A stretch of DNA of 63,731 bases, counting the filler, from Malassezia furfur (lineage: Eukaryota): assembly GCA_052055015.1 (NCBI GenBank). It is 4 parts of 4 records of this genome, joined end to end, with 100 filler letters (N's around TTAATTAATTAA, not from the genome) between each part and the next. Parts side by side here need not be neighbours in the genome. Positions count along the whole stretch, not along the records: positions 31,983 to 47,861 come from JBQJIT010000259.1; positions 47,962 to 63,731 come from JBQJIT010000260.1; 2 more parts are not named here. One strand, written 5' to 3'. A program made the position numbers and the translations under genes. This document shows, one piece after another, positions 46,522 through 57,563 of this stretch (position 1 is its first letter; the number at the start of each line of letters is the position of its first letter). A model generated the notes under the pieces. That model was not told the DNA's origin and ran no database searches. It was given only the letters and a program-made list of their open reading frames with translations.

Positions 46522-47751
46522 TTAGATCACCGAGTAGACGCGAACGATATTGTCGCTGTAGCCAGCGAACAGAGTCTGGCCGTCCGCCGACCAGGCAAGC
46601 GACAGGCACTCGGGCTCCGTCGCGTTCTTGCCGAGGCCAGGGAACTCGGGCTTGAGCTCATCAACGATCGACTTGCTCTCCAGGTCAAAGATCTTGATGC
46701 ACGAGGCAGTGGCAGCGCACAGCCAGTAGCGGTTGGGCGAGAAGACAAGCGCGTTGACAACGTCGCCCGCCTCGAGCGAGTAGAGGTGCTTGCCATCCGA
46801 GAGCTCCCAGAGCATCGTGATACCGTCCTTGCCACCGGACGCGCAGAGCGAACCGTCGGGCGAGATGGTGACGGTGTTGATGTAGCCCTGGTGGCCGTAG
46901 TGGTTGGTCGTCAGCTTGCAGCGGCTGAGCTCCCAGACCTGAAGTGAGTTAGTACACACGTTCTCGAAAAGCAGCCACTGCGCTGCATTGTCCTTTCTCT
47001 GCTCTTCTCTGCGTGGAGATGGAGCGTGCTCAGTGATCTTGGTGGTTTACGTTCTTCTCATCGGACCGCATTCGCAAACACGGCTCTCCGTAGTAGCAAA
47101 TATAAACGTCGCTCTTCATGGCACATGCAGAGAGAGAGACGGTTGGAGCAAAGCAGCGCAGTTAGCCATACGTACCTTGACGAGCTTGTCCCAACCAGCC
47201 GAGACAATCACGGGGTTCGAGGGGTTCGGGCTGAAGCGCACGCAGCTCACCCACTCGGTGTGACCGTCCTCCGTAATGTTGAACTTGCAGTCACCCAGCG
47301 TGTTCCACAGCTTGATGGTCCGGTCGCGCGAACCCGAGACAATCTGGCGGTTGTCAGGGCTGAAGCTGACGCTCAGCACATCGCCGGTGTGGCCGACGAA
47401 GCGACGGGTGGTCTGGCCCGTGTTGAGGTCCCACAGGCGGAGCGACTTGTCCCACGAGGCCGACAGCGCGAACTGGCCGTCCGAGGAGATCACGACGTCC
47501 GACACGAAGTGGTTGTGGCCGTGCAGGATCTTCTTGGGGTAGCCGTAGTTCGTCTCGTCGCGAGAGAGCTGCCAAACGATGATGGTCTTGTCGCGCGAAG
47601 CGGTCAGCAGGAGGTCCGGGTTCTCCTGCGACGTAGCAATGGCAGTGACCCAACCCTTGTGGCCGGGCAGGCTTCCCTTGTAAGTGAGAGACTCAGACCT
47701 GAGCATAGGTTAGCACATGTCCCAGACAAGACGGAAAAAGTATACGCACAT
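46522..47751 (-). CDS. ASC1: RACK1/Asc1/Cpc2 ribosomal WD40 protein; introns 47699-47749 (splits AT|G) and 46939-47175
   Basis: [82 protein letters not shown]. Confidence 0.96.
47026..47124 (-). ncRNA. SNR24: Intronic box C/D snoRNA U24 (snR24)
   Basis: Minus strand: GTGC stem, box C variant ATGAAGA, guide ATATTTGCTACT, guide CACCAAGATC, box D CTGA, GCAC stem; U24 is the known passenger of the ASC1/RACK1 intron in yeasts. Confidence 0.88.
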
Positions 47752-47861
47752 GTCGTTAAATGTCAGAGGTTCCAAACAATAGAATTGGTGGTACAAGCAA
47801 TCGGTACTCCGTCGGAATTCGGCTCTTCCGACCCAACAGGTTGCAGCGCTAGGCCTTGGAA

Positions 47862-47961
47862 NNNNNNNNNNNNNNNNNNNNNNNNNNNNNNNNNNNNNNN
47901 NNNNNTTAATTAATTAANNNNNNNNNNNNNNNNNNNNNNNNNNNNNNNNNNNNNNNNNNNN
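47862..47961. other. Artificial contig linker
   Basis: N-run-TTAATTAATTAA-N-run. Confidence 0.97.
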
Positions 47962-48610
47962 GCAGCTCGCGCCGCCGGTCGGGGTCCATCGCGACCAGCT
48001 GCTCAAGCCGCGTCGGCGCGCCCGTATGCGCGCCGGCCTCAAGCGAGAGCGCCTCGAGGCGCCACGCGTCGGGCGGCGTATACACCACCACACACGTACG
48101 GCACACGGCGCTCACCGGCGCCGCGAGATGCACCCTGCGTCAGCACAACACGTACCATGCGAGTGTGGGGCCGGGGCGCATGTGCAAATCCACGTCGCGC
48201 GCGCGGCGTACGCGAGCGGGCGCCGCTGCGCAGGTGCCGACGCACCGCAGGCCCGGCAAGGCGCGCGTTGCGTCGCGGGGGCGTACGCCGGCGACCACGA
48301 CCACGACCTCGCCGGGGCCGCCGTCCATGCACCACCCATGCACCTCGGCGGACTCGGCGGGCACCAGCGTCGACGGCCAGTACACCTGCACGCACACGAC
48401 GCCGTCCGCGGCCGGCGAAGCGCACAGGCGCCGCGGGGGGGTCGGGCGCGGCGAAGCGCGGGCGGCCACCTCGGTCTCGGCGGCCGCGGCAAACTGCGTG
48501 TCCAGTGCGACGCGGCGCTCCGCGAGGTGCTGCGCGCCGACGTACACGGCGCCCGCGAGCGCCGCGGCCACCGCACACGCACCCCACGCACCCGCACGTT
48601 CTTCGTGCAT
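47962..48610 (-). CDS. 5' part of a gene truncated at contig start, possibly Gpi1/PIG-Q-like (intron 48135-48155, 21 nt)
   Basis: VQVYWPS...VHGW...VVVVVAGV resembles the Gpi1 N-terminus; intron GTACGT..CTGAC..CAG removes an in-frame stop. Confidence 0.4.
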
Positions 48611-48875
48611 GCGGTGGAGGTGCGTCCAAAAATGGCTCGATTGGAAAAAAATGGCCGCCGAGTGGACGAGAGGGAGCTACGATCGGACTGCCGACTTCGC
48701 CGCGGTCCAGATGCGACCGCAACACCACCGCGACGCACCACGCACACACGGGGCGGCCGCCTCGCCGCACACGGCCGCGCGCCGCGCCTCGCCGCACCCA
48801 AGGACGTAGCTCGATCCTACTACACAGCTACCTCGCACGCCGGGTGCGCGACGCTTATCGCCGGCGCGGCGGCGC

Positions 48876-49286
48876 CTACGCATCGCCCTTCGCACCGGCC
48901 TGGGCGTCGCCCTCCTCGGCCTCGGTATCAATCAGGCCGAGACGCGGGCCGGCAAGCCCGCCCTTCTTCGCGGCCTCGCGCGCCTTGCGCGACTCTTCGG
49001 CCTGGCGCTTGATCGCGTGCTCTTGGATGGTATGCGCACGCGCAAGCTGCGTCAGACACACACACGCACCTCCTTCGTATGGTGCAGACACTCAAGGTAG
49101 TCGTCCTTCTGCGGCATGCACTCGCCCGCCGACTCGGCGGTCACGTAGCATTTCCGGAAATCCTGCCAGAACGAGAAGCAGCGCGAGGGGCCTGCGTCAG
49201 CACACACGCCACGCACCTCCGTTGAATCCAAAACCAGACTGTCGCAAGTGTTAGCCTCTGTATGCGCGCGCGCGACGTACCGCCAT
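48876..49286 (-). CDS. NADH:ubiquinone oxidoreductase 15-kDa subunit (NDUFS5/NIPM); introns 49239-49280, 49192-49216, 49047-49069
   Basis: Spliced MA/SGFGFNG/GPSRCFSFWQDFRKCY...ECMPQKDDYLECLHHTKE/LAR: twin CX9C motif. Confidence 0.88.
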
Positions 49287-49515
49287 CGTACACCAATGCC
49301 GGTTGTCGGGAGAGGCGCGACGGCCGAAGAGTCACGTGATACGTAGGCGGCGGGGGGGGCGGCGGACGGCGGACGGCGGCGCACGCGGCAGGTATCGGTG
49401 GTGGGCTATGTCTACGAAGAAGAGCAAGATATAGACAGATAAAAAAAAAACAACACAAAAAACATCACAAAGGCGCATATAGGTCGTCATAGTGTACAAC
49501 GCCTCGAACACATCA

Positions 49516-50460
49516 TCAGAAAACGAGCGGCTGCCGCTTTTCCTCCCATCGCTTATCGTCTGGCGTCAGCGGCGCAACGTACAGTCACTCAAAAACGCGG
49601 TGGCCACCAAAATCACACGCTCAATCAGCGAGGGGGCGCGTGCGTCCGACGAGAGGCGCACGGGGTCCTTGTTCTCGAACTGCAGCTTGACGGGCGGGCC
49701 GGCGGGGTCGGCGCCGTCCTCACACGGCACCTGCACGACGGACGTGTCGTAGTCGCGGTCAAAGCACACCACGACCGGATGCAGCTTGCTCGTGGGGTCG
49801 CGCGCCCAGCGCTTCGAGAAGTTTTCGATCGAGCACACCGTCCGGCGCCGCGCGCCCGTCACGGTGAGCTTGCGCCACGGCCCCTCGGCGGTGGCGAACG
49901 GACGGAACTCGTTCGTGCGGCGGTACGCAGGCGTCCCGTCAAAGAGCAGGTATTTTTGGTGCTGCGAGGTGTGCAGCACAGTGCGGATGCCGCCGACGAT
50001 GCGCTGCGGCGGCGCCTCGCCGGGCTGCTCGCTGACAAAGATCTCCACGTCCTCGTACACGCGGCAGTTGCGGCGGCTGATGCGCAGCACCCGCTCGCCG
50101 TCGGGGCCGTACACGATCATCTGCAGCTTGGGCGGCTCGTTCCACTTGCGTTTGGTGCGCAGTGGATCGCACCGGATCTCACCGACCTGGACGCAGTCGG
50201 GTGTGTAGATCTTCACGACGGACTCGAGGATGCCGGCTCCGCTGCGGTGAGTGGCGTGCGACGTACAAGCGTGTGGCCTTCCGTGTCAGCAGCACGGCGG
50301 GGTGCAGGAACATGCGCTGCAGCACCGTTGTGACCTCGATGTTGACCACGTCGGCATACGGGGGCAGCTCGCTGCCGGGGGAGGCAGGGGGCGGTGGCTC
50401 GAGGTCCAGAAGCGCACAGTGCGCCGCGAAGGCCGCGTGCGGAGCGCCAAGCTCTGCCAT
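49516..50460 (-). CDS. Scramblase/Aim25-like array gene A (introns 50242-50266, 49560-49582)
   Basis: FLHPAVLLTRK, IYTPD.VQVGEI, GERVLRISR, IVGGI, FRPFATAE, SLIERVILVATAFLSD/Y. Confidence 0.7.
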
Positions 50461-50552
50461 CCTGATACGGTGGCGCAATCAGGGACGTGGGGCCCCCTGG
50501 GTTTAAGGCCCGCGCTGCCAAGGGGGTCCGTGCATACATTACATAATCTCTA

Positions 50553-51527
50553 TCATCGGCGGATGACCACGTCGGGGTCAAAGCCGGCCAAGACCGCGTG
50601 CAGCGCATGCGCGCCGGCGCGCCCGACGTGCGCAAGCGACAGGGCGTGCTTGGGCTCTGTGGGGCGCGTCTTAATCAGGCCGTCGTCTGGGTGAGTAGCG
50701 CGCAACGTACAGATTCCGAGACACGCCGTAATGACCAGAATCGCCCGCTCCGTCACCGACAGGGGCGTCGCGTTCTCGTCGAGCGGAATCGGGTGCTGGT
50801 TCTCGAGCTGGAGCTTCTCGCACCCGGGGTGCTTGGACTCGTCAAAGTACCGCGGCACAAGGAACCGCGACGTGTCGTGCTTATGGTCAAACGTCGCGAG
50901 CACCACGTCCGAGTCCGGGAACACCTTGTTCGTCCAGCTCCGCGTAAAGTTCTGCACCGAGCCCAGAATCACACTCCGGGGGTTGTACACGGGCAGCCGC
51001 GGCCACACGCCGTTCACCACGGCGAACGGCGTAAACTCCGACACCCGTGTCGCATGCGCGCCGTTGTATAGCGTATACTTCACGTGCTTGCCCGTGTCCG
51101 TCTCGCGCACCACCCCAAAGAAGCCCTGCAGCTTGTCCTCGGTGCAATAGCTGCTCGCATACAGGCGCGAGTCGTTGCGGCCCGCATGCGTCTCGCGGTC
51201 CAACGACAGCCGCGGCGTGCCGTGCCGGTCGTAGAGCGCCAGGCGCAGGTTCACCCGCTTCTCATCGGTGCACGCGGTCCACAGGCCGTCCAGCACAATG
51301 TCCGCCACCTTGGTGCCGTCCGTGGTGAGCAGGTGCATATTGATCTTGGCGACGCTCGGCGATCTGCGGTCAGCTCCCCAACGCCCCACGTACGCTGGCT
51401 CGGCACGCCAGGTGATCACCAGCGCCGGGTGCCCAAAAATGTCGTCCAACGACACACATTCACGCTGCTTGCCGGTATCCATGTACGGTGGCGGCGCCTC
51501 CTCGGACACAGAGCTCTGCGCGCTCAT
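50553..51527 (-). CDS. Scramblase/Aim25-like array gene B (in-frame introns 51364-51393, 50687-50710)
   Basis: IFGHPALVITWR, LLTTDGTKVADI, FTPFAVV, LSVTERAILVITACLG; closest to gene A. Confidence 0.7.
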   Translation of the reverse strand: MSAQSSVSEEAPPPYMDTGKQRECVSLDDIFGHPALVITWRAEPAYVGRWGADRRSPSVAKINMHLLTTDGTKVADIVLDGLWTACTDEKRVNLRLALYDRHGTPRLSLDRETHAGRNDSRLYASSYCTEDKLQGFFGVVRETDTGKHVKYTLYNGAHATRVSEFTPFAVVNGVWPRLPVYNPRSVILGSVQNFTRSWTNKVFPDSDVVLATFDHKHDTSRFLVPRYFDESKHPGCEKLQLENQHPIPLDENATPLSVTERAILVITACLGICTLRATHPDDGLIKTRPTEPKHALSLAHVGRAGAHALHAVLAGFDPDVVIRR

Positions 51528-51804
51528 CGCGGCTGCGTCTACACTCCTGCACGGGAAATTTTCTCTTCACGTGGTACGAAATGGTCAGGCGTGGGGTCGC
51601 ATCATGCTGCTCGCTTGTCGCCTATTCGCCCGCTGGTTGGTCACTGACGGAGAGATGCACCTCCTCATTAACTACAGCCAATCCGACACCCGCGCCCGAC
51701 GCACGCCGCGTGACCCGCAGCCGATACGACTAATTATTTACAAATTCCCTCCTCCACAATCGCCTGCGTCGTGCGTGCGTCATGCCATGCGTGCGCCTCG
51801 CACG

Positions 51805-52716
51805 CTACCAGCCCAGCAGGCCGGCGGTGAGGAACACGGCGCGGCTTTGGTCCATCTCGCTCGGCAGGCAAAGCAGCGTCGCGCGGTCCACTGGCGTCAG
51901 CGGCCCGAACTCACCTTCAATCAAAAACTGCGCAGCCAGCACGAACGCGCGCAGCTCCTCGCCGGCCGGCAGTGTACGCTGGACGGGCGTGCCGTGCACC
52001 TTGTCCGCCGGCACCCCGTGGAAGTCGAACGTGGCATCCTTGCGCGACTTGATCGGGAGCTGCAGTGCGCGCACCGTCGTCAGATCGGCATAGTACAGCA
52101 CATAGGGCGTCGGCGGCGACGACAGCTTGCGCTGCATCCATCTGTGTCAGCAATGCGTACGCACGAGTAGTACTTGTACATGTTTTCCGCACCGGCGATC
52201 ACCTCTCCCGCCGCATTCTTGAACACGTATTGGTCCTCGGACGAGCGCACTTCGGCAGACACAAACGGCTGCGACGCACAGCTCGGGCCGCCGCGGTCGT
52301 CGTACACCTCGTACAGCCGCCGGCCTTGCCCGAGCTGCATCGTGACGCGCGCAAGCACCTCGTCGGTGCCGGGTTTGCAGATACACGAGTCGCTGTGCCG
52401 CAAACCGCCGCTCCGCCGGATCTCGAGCAGCGGCTCATCGTTCGCGTCCACAAGCGTGTAGTCGAAACGGGTAAACTCCCCCGTCTGAGCATCTCGGACG
52501 ACCCCCTTCGCCGTGATGGCCCCGGCACGATGGCCTTGGGGCGTGGTGAGCACGTAGGGCATCTTGGTGCTGCGTCAGTCGTCTCGGCCCCACGTACCAT
52601 TCCCGCACATGCAGCCGCGTCACGAGTAGCACCTGCTCTTCGAGGAGCGTATCGGATTTAGGAAGCTCTTTCAGGTCCACGTCCACCAGAGTCTCAATGC
52701 TGCTAGTCTCGCTCAT
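51805..52716 (-). CDS. Scramblase/Aim25-like array gene C (introns 52570-52597, 52142-52164, 51891-51914)
   Basis: LLEEQVLLVTR, YVLTTPQGHRAGAI, LVDANDEPLLEIRR, QPFVSAEV, FKNAAGEVIA, LRAFVLAAQFLIE. Confidence 0.72.
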
Positions 52717-52862
52717 CGTAGGTACACGGAGAGTGTGGGGTACCGCCCTACTCGCTGCACGTGTGCCTGATTGCGCGGCACGGCTAGGGTCCGACACCGA
52801 GTATACGCACAGACCACCTTATTTGATAAAACCCCGCACGGCATGCCAAGACTCCCCTCGCC

Positions 52863-53798
52863 ATGATGCAAGCAGCACAGCAGGCGCCGCACGCAGCAGG
52901 CACCGGGGGGCCACGCGACGCATACGAGGCCTTTGTGCCGTACGCCCAGCTCGTCTTATCCGGAGTCCCCCAGGGCATGTAGGTGGCCAGCTCACACAGA
53001 ACCTCGTCCAAACTCGACGCGACGCTGCTCATCAGCACGCTGCAGGGCCAAAAAGTCGGCACGATAGGTAACGGCCGGAAGGCAGGGAGCAAGCGTCTGT
53101 TCAGGCAGCGCCCGTGGGAGTTTGATTTCCTGGACGCCCACGACGAGCCGCGCTTCCGTCTGCGCCGTCTGCCGGGCAGCAAAAAAACCACCGCCGAGGT
53201 GTACGAGCGCGGCGACGCACCGGGCGACGCCAACTGGCGCAAGATGGGGCAGATTGCGGTGGATGGGACGGATCCGTGGGATTTCGAGTACCGCGTCTCG
53301 TACACGCTCTTCGAAGTCGAAACGGACGGCCTCTGCCGCGAACCATTCGCTCGTACCGTCTCGCATCCTCTGACCGACCAGTTTTGCTTCCAGCACAACA
53401 ACCAGCTCGTGGCATCTCAGCAGGAAATCCCGCTGTAGTGCGTAGTTTTGCCGCTGACCACAGCGAAATGGGGTACGACGGCAAGGCCGTCAACTACCTA
53501 CTCTGGACCCAGGCACTGCCGCACCCCGGCCCCGTCGTGCTTCCTGTCGCGTATGACAAGGGCGTACCAAAGATGGACACCATCGTACTAGATCACGACA
53601 TCATTCCTTTTGTGGATCCCAATGCGCCCGGCGCAACGGCGCGGCAGCGGATCCTGTACTTGGCTACATCTTATCTGATATACTGTGCGTTCCTGCGCCG
53701 CTGACCCAGTCGACCAAGAGTGCGAAGAGCGCGTATCGCAGTACCGTGAGGGGCTTGGATTTGGGCCACTTAATTGTGTCGGCTATGCAGTGACGTAG
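52863..53798 (+). CDS. Scramblase/Aim25-like array gene D (introns 52979-52999, 53438-53463, 53685-53709)
   Basis: LISTLQGQKVGTIGNG, LFRQRPWEFDFLDAHDEPRFRLRR, MGQI, EPFART, TARQRILYLATSYLIY/FD. Confidence 0.72.
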
Positions 53799-54026
53799 GC
53801 GCGAGGATCTTATAAAAATTAGGCTCATTTAGCGAGTGCAATGGCTCGGCGGCGAGGTTTCTTGCCGGCGTGCGTATCTGCCCACTGCGGCATCTTTTGC
53901 AAACGCATGCTCCTGCTCAATTACTATGGTCCTTCCTACACCGGCACAGCGCAGTGCGCCATGTACGGTGGGCAAATACGCAAGCGCCTTCGCCTCTGCA
54001 GAAGTGCGTCGCTCATGCGTACGTGC

Positions 54027-54938
54027 CTACATCCCTGCGATCGCTGAGACCGCAAACACCGCACGGCCCTGGTCCATCTCGTTCGGCTGGCACAGCACAC
54101 CTTCGCGATCGACTCGCATAAGCCATCAAGACGTACCTTCGATCAGGAACTGCGCAATCAGCACAAATGCACGCTGCTCGTCGCCAGCTGGCAGCGTGTG
54201 CTGGACGGGCGTGCCATGCACCTTGCTCGCGCGCACCTCGTGGAAGTTGAGCGTGGTATCCTTGCGCGACTTGATTGGGAGCTGCAGCGCCGGCACCGCC
54301 GACGGATCGGCATAGTACAGCATGTATGGCTTTGGTAGCGACGACAGTTTGCGCTGCATCCACCTGGGTAAGCAGCACACGTACGTGTAGTATTGGTGCA
54401 TGTTTTCTGCGCCGGCAATCACCTCGCCCGCCGCATTCTTAAACACGTAGTGCTCCTCCGAGGAACGCACTTCGGCAGACGCAAACGGTTTCGACACTCC
54501 ACCCTGAGCGCCGCGGTTGTCGTAGACGTCGTACTGACGGCGGCCGCGCGTGAAATGCATCGTGATGCGCGCCAGCGGCTCACGGCTGCCAGGCGCACAG
54601 ATGCCTGTGTCGCTCTGGCGCAAATCGCCGGTTCGGTGCACCTCGAACAGTGGCTGATCGTTCGCGCCCAAGAGCGTGTAGTTGAAACCCGTGACGCGCT
54701 TTGTCTCTGGATCCTGCACAATCCCATTCGGGGAGATCATGCCGGCGCGATGGCCCTGCGGCGTGGTGAGCAGGTAGGGCAGCTTGGAGCTGCGTCAGGC
54801 TCGTGCGTACCTTCCCCGTAAACGCAGGCGCGTCACGAGCAAAACGGGCTCCTCGAGGAGCGTGCCCGATTTTGCTAGCTCTTTGAGGTCGACATCCACC
54901 AGGGTCGCAGCCGTCGCAATGCTGCTTGTGTCGCTCAT
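54027..54938 (-). CDS. Scramblase/Aim25-like array gene E (introns 54790-54810, 54364-54384, 54113-54136)
   Basis: Close paralog of C: LLEEPVLLVTR, YLLTTPQGHRAG, KPFASAEVRSS, QRAFVLIAQFLIE. Confidence 0.72.
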
Positions 54939-55417
54939 CGACGTAAGTTGATGTGGGGAGGGCCTTCTTAATTCTAGTCCGGTCCACGTGTGATTTAAGG
55001 TTGTCGGACGGAAGCTTGACACCTTGTGCGGCGCACAGACCATCTTGGCGATCCACCGTTCGCACCATGCAGACCGCGGAGAACTTGGGAAAGAGGCAAT
55101 CCAGCCTCACTCGGCATCGGCGTGGTAGATGCTAGTGTATAGTGCGTAATAGCCATGTTCTCATCGCGATCGCATCATGCTGTGTAGGCGAAATTTCCTC
55201 ACTGCGGTGGGATGATCAGGCTTGGCAAGGAAACCTGGCACGTTGCATGGCCTATTCGCCGGTTGTGACCTTCCAAACAGATGCATATTTTTGTTAATTA
55301 GCCACGACTAATCTTATAAAAGTACAAACGCAGTATGCAACAGCACACAAACACTACACACATTCCGATGTGCTGATCGCCCCGCGGAACTGCAACGCTC
55401 GGTGTGCGTGGGCTAAT

Positions 55418-56330
55418 TCAATTCAGCACCGGTATATACGTTACCCGATTTTGGAACACATTGGATGACACGCGCACAACAGCCTCGCGCTCAACTTGCA
55501 TAAGCTGCATAAACGTACTTTCGATCAGGAATTGCGCAATCAGCACAAACATGCGCCGGTCGTCGCCGGCCAGCAGCGGGTGTTGGATGGGCGTGGCGCG
55601 CACCTTGTCTCCGTGCACCTCGTGAAAAAGAACCGAGTCATTCTTGCGTGCCTTGATTGGGAGCTGTACTGCAGAGACCGTCGAGGGGTCCTCGAAATAC
55701 AGCAAAAGGGGCTTGGGCGGCGACGACAGTCGGTGTTGCATCCACCTGCGTGAGCGGCATCCACGTACGAATAGTACCTGCGCATGTTTCTGACTCCGAC
55801 CATCACTTCCTTCGCGGCGTTCTTATATTCGTATTTTTCCATAAACGCGCGCACCTCGGTAGAAGAAAACGGTTTGGGCACATCGCCCTGCGACTCGCGA
55901 TCGTCGTACACGTCGTATCGGTGCCAATTGTGCGCAAACTGCATCATGACGCGCGCAATCGGCACACTACTGCTCGGCGCACAGATGGTCGTCTTGCTTT
56001 GGCGCAAGTTACCGCACCGGTGCACGTTGAACAACGGCTGATCGTTTGCGTCCAGGACCGTGTAGTAAGAATGCGTGACGCGCGAAAGTTCTGGGTCCTG
56101 GACGATTCCGTTGGCGATGATCACGCCAGCGTAATGGCCTTGTGGGGTGGTGATCAGGCAGGGCAGTTCGAAACTGTGTCAATCGCATTCGGCCGTACGT
56201 ACCTTCCCCGCACGAAGAACCGCGTCAGGAGCAAAACAGGCTCTTCGAGGAGCGTGCCAGATTTTGTCAGCTCATGAAGATCCACATCCACCAGCGTTGT
56301 GGCCGTCGCGATGCTGCTGATCTCGCTCAT
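55418..56330 (-). CDS. Scramblase/Aim25-like array gene F (introns 56174-56202, 55746-55768, ~55495-55518)
   Basis: Close paralog of C/E: LLEEPVLLLTR, LITTPQGHYAG, VLDANDQPLFNVHR, RRMFVLIAQFLIE. Confidence 0.72.
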
Positions 56331-56480
56331 CGTCGTCACGCTGCTGTGGGGAAGGCAATTCTACTCTGCTCCGGACCACGTGTCGAATCCGCGCAGCTGG
56401 AATAAGCTCCGACGCGGTGTACGGTGCGCACAGACCACCTCAGCGATAAATAGCGCACCGCGCGCCAGGGGCCCCGCCCC

Positions 56481-57365
56481 ATGCCGTCTCGCACCGCTGA
56501 TACGAGCGATGCGTACGAGGCCATTGCGCCGCACGCACACCTAGTCCTCTGCCGGGTCCCCCAGGGCATGTACGTGGGCTGCTGACACAGCATCTCGTCC
56601 AAACTCGATGCGACACTTGTCATCCGCACGCTGCAAGGCGAGAAAGTCGGCGTGATTGGCAACGGGCACAAGGCGGGGAGCCTGCATTTGTTTAAGCAGC
56701 GCGCATGGGACTTTGACATTATGGACGCGCACGACGAGCCGCGCTTCCGTGTGCGCCGTCTGCCTGGCCAACTCGACACCACCGCCGAGGTCTACGAGCG
56801 CGGCGACGCAACGGACGATGCCAACTGGCGCAAGATGGGGCAGATTGCGATCAAAGAGACGTATGAAAAGAGTTTGCGGCACCTCGCGCACGCGCTCTAC
56901 GAGGTGCAGGAGAACGGTCTCTGCGATAAGTCGTTTGCGAGAGTCGGAAACCATCCGCGGCAGCGCGCGTTCCGCTACTGGCACAACAAGCAGGCCGTGG
57001 CGCATCTACAAGAGATCGTGCTGCCGTACGTAGACCGCGGCTGACCACAGCAATTTCGGGTACCAAAGCCAGGAGATCAACTACTTCCTGTGGATGCAGG
57101 CAGGGCCACATCCTGGGCCTCTTCCGCTCCCCGTCAAGTACCACCAGGGCGAGGCGGAGATGGATATCATCAACGTGCCCGACAAATTCATCCCCGAGTT
57201 GGATCCGAGTGTGCCCGGCGCCACGGCGCGGCAGCGCATCCTGTACCTGGCCTCGGCGTTTCTGATCTTCTGTGCGTGGCTGCTAGCCTGCTGACTCCAG
57301 TCGAGCAAGAGCGCGACGAGCGCCAGACCACGTACCGCGAGGGCACTGTGCGTCCCAACTACTGA
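56481..57365 (+). CDS. Scramblase/Aim25-like array gene G (introns 56570-56590, 57026-57050, 57272-57300)
   Basis: Close paralog of D: IRTLQGEKVGVIGNG, LFKQRAWDFDIMDAHDEPRFRVRR, TARQRILYLASAFLIF/FE. Confidence 0.72.
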
Positions 57366-57563
57366 GACGGTGGCCCCCAAATGCCCGCGTGGTGCTCTGC
57401 GTCTCCCTCCATAGGCCCACACGCGCGGGGCACGCGCCGGTGGCCGGCGTGGCCGCCTGGGGAAAGCCATTGGGCGCCGGACCTGCACGAACCTCCACCG
57501 GCGCCCCCCCGCAGATTTGGGCTGACCGAATGCATCTAATATCTTGGCTTGACGCCGACTCCC

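Noticed and set aside
15895..47961. Three TTAATTAATTAA motifs flanked by N-runs
   Set aside because: Artificial six-frame-stop linkers joining contigs; no adjacency across them can be inferred, and ORFs running through them are artefacts
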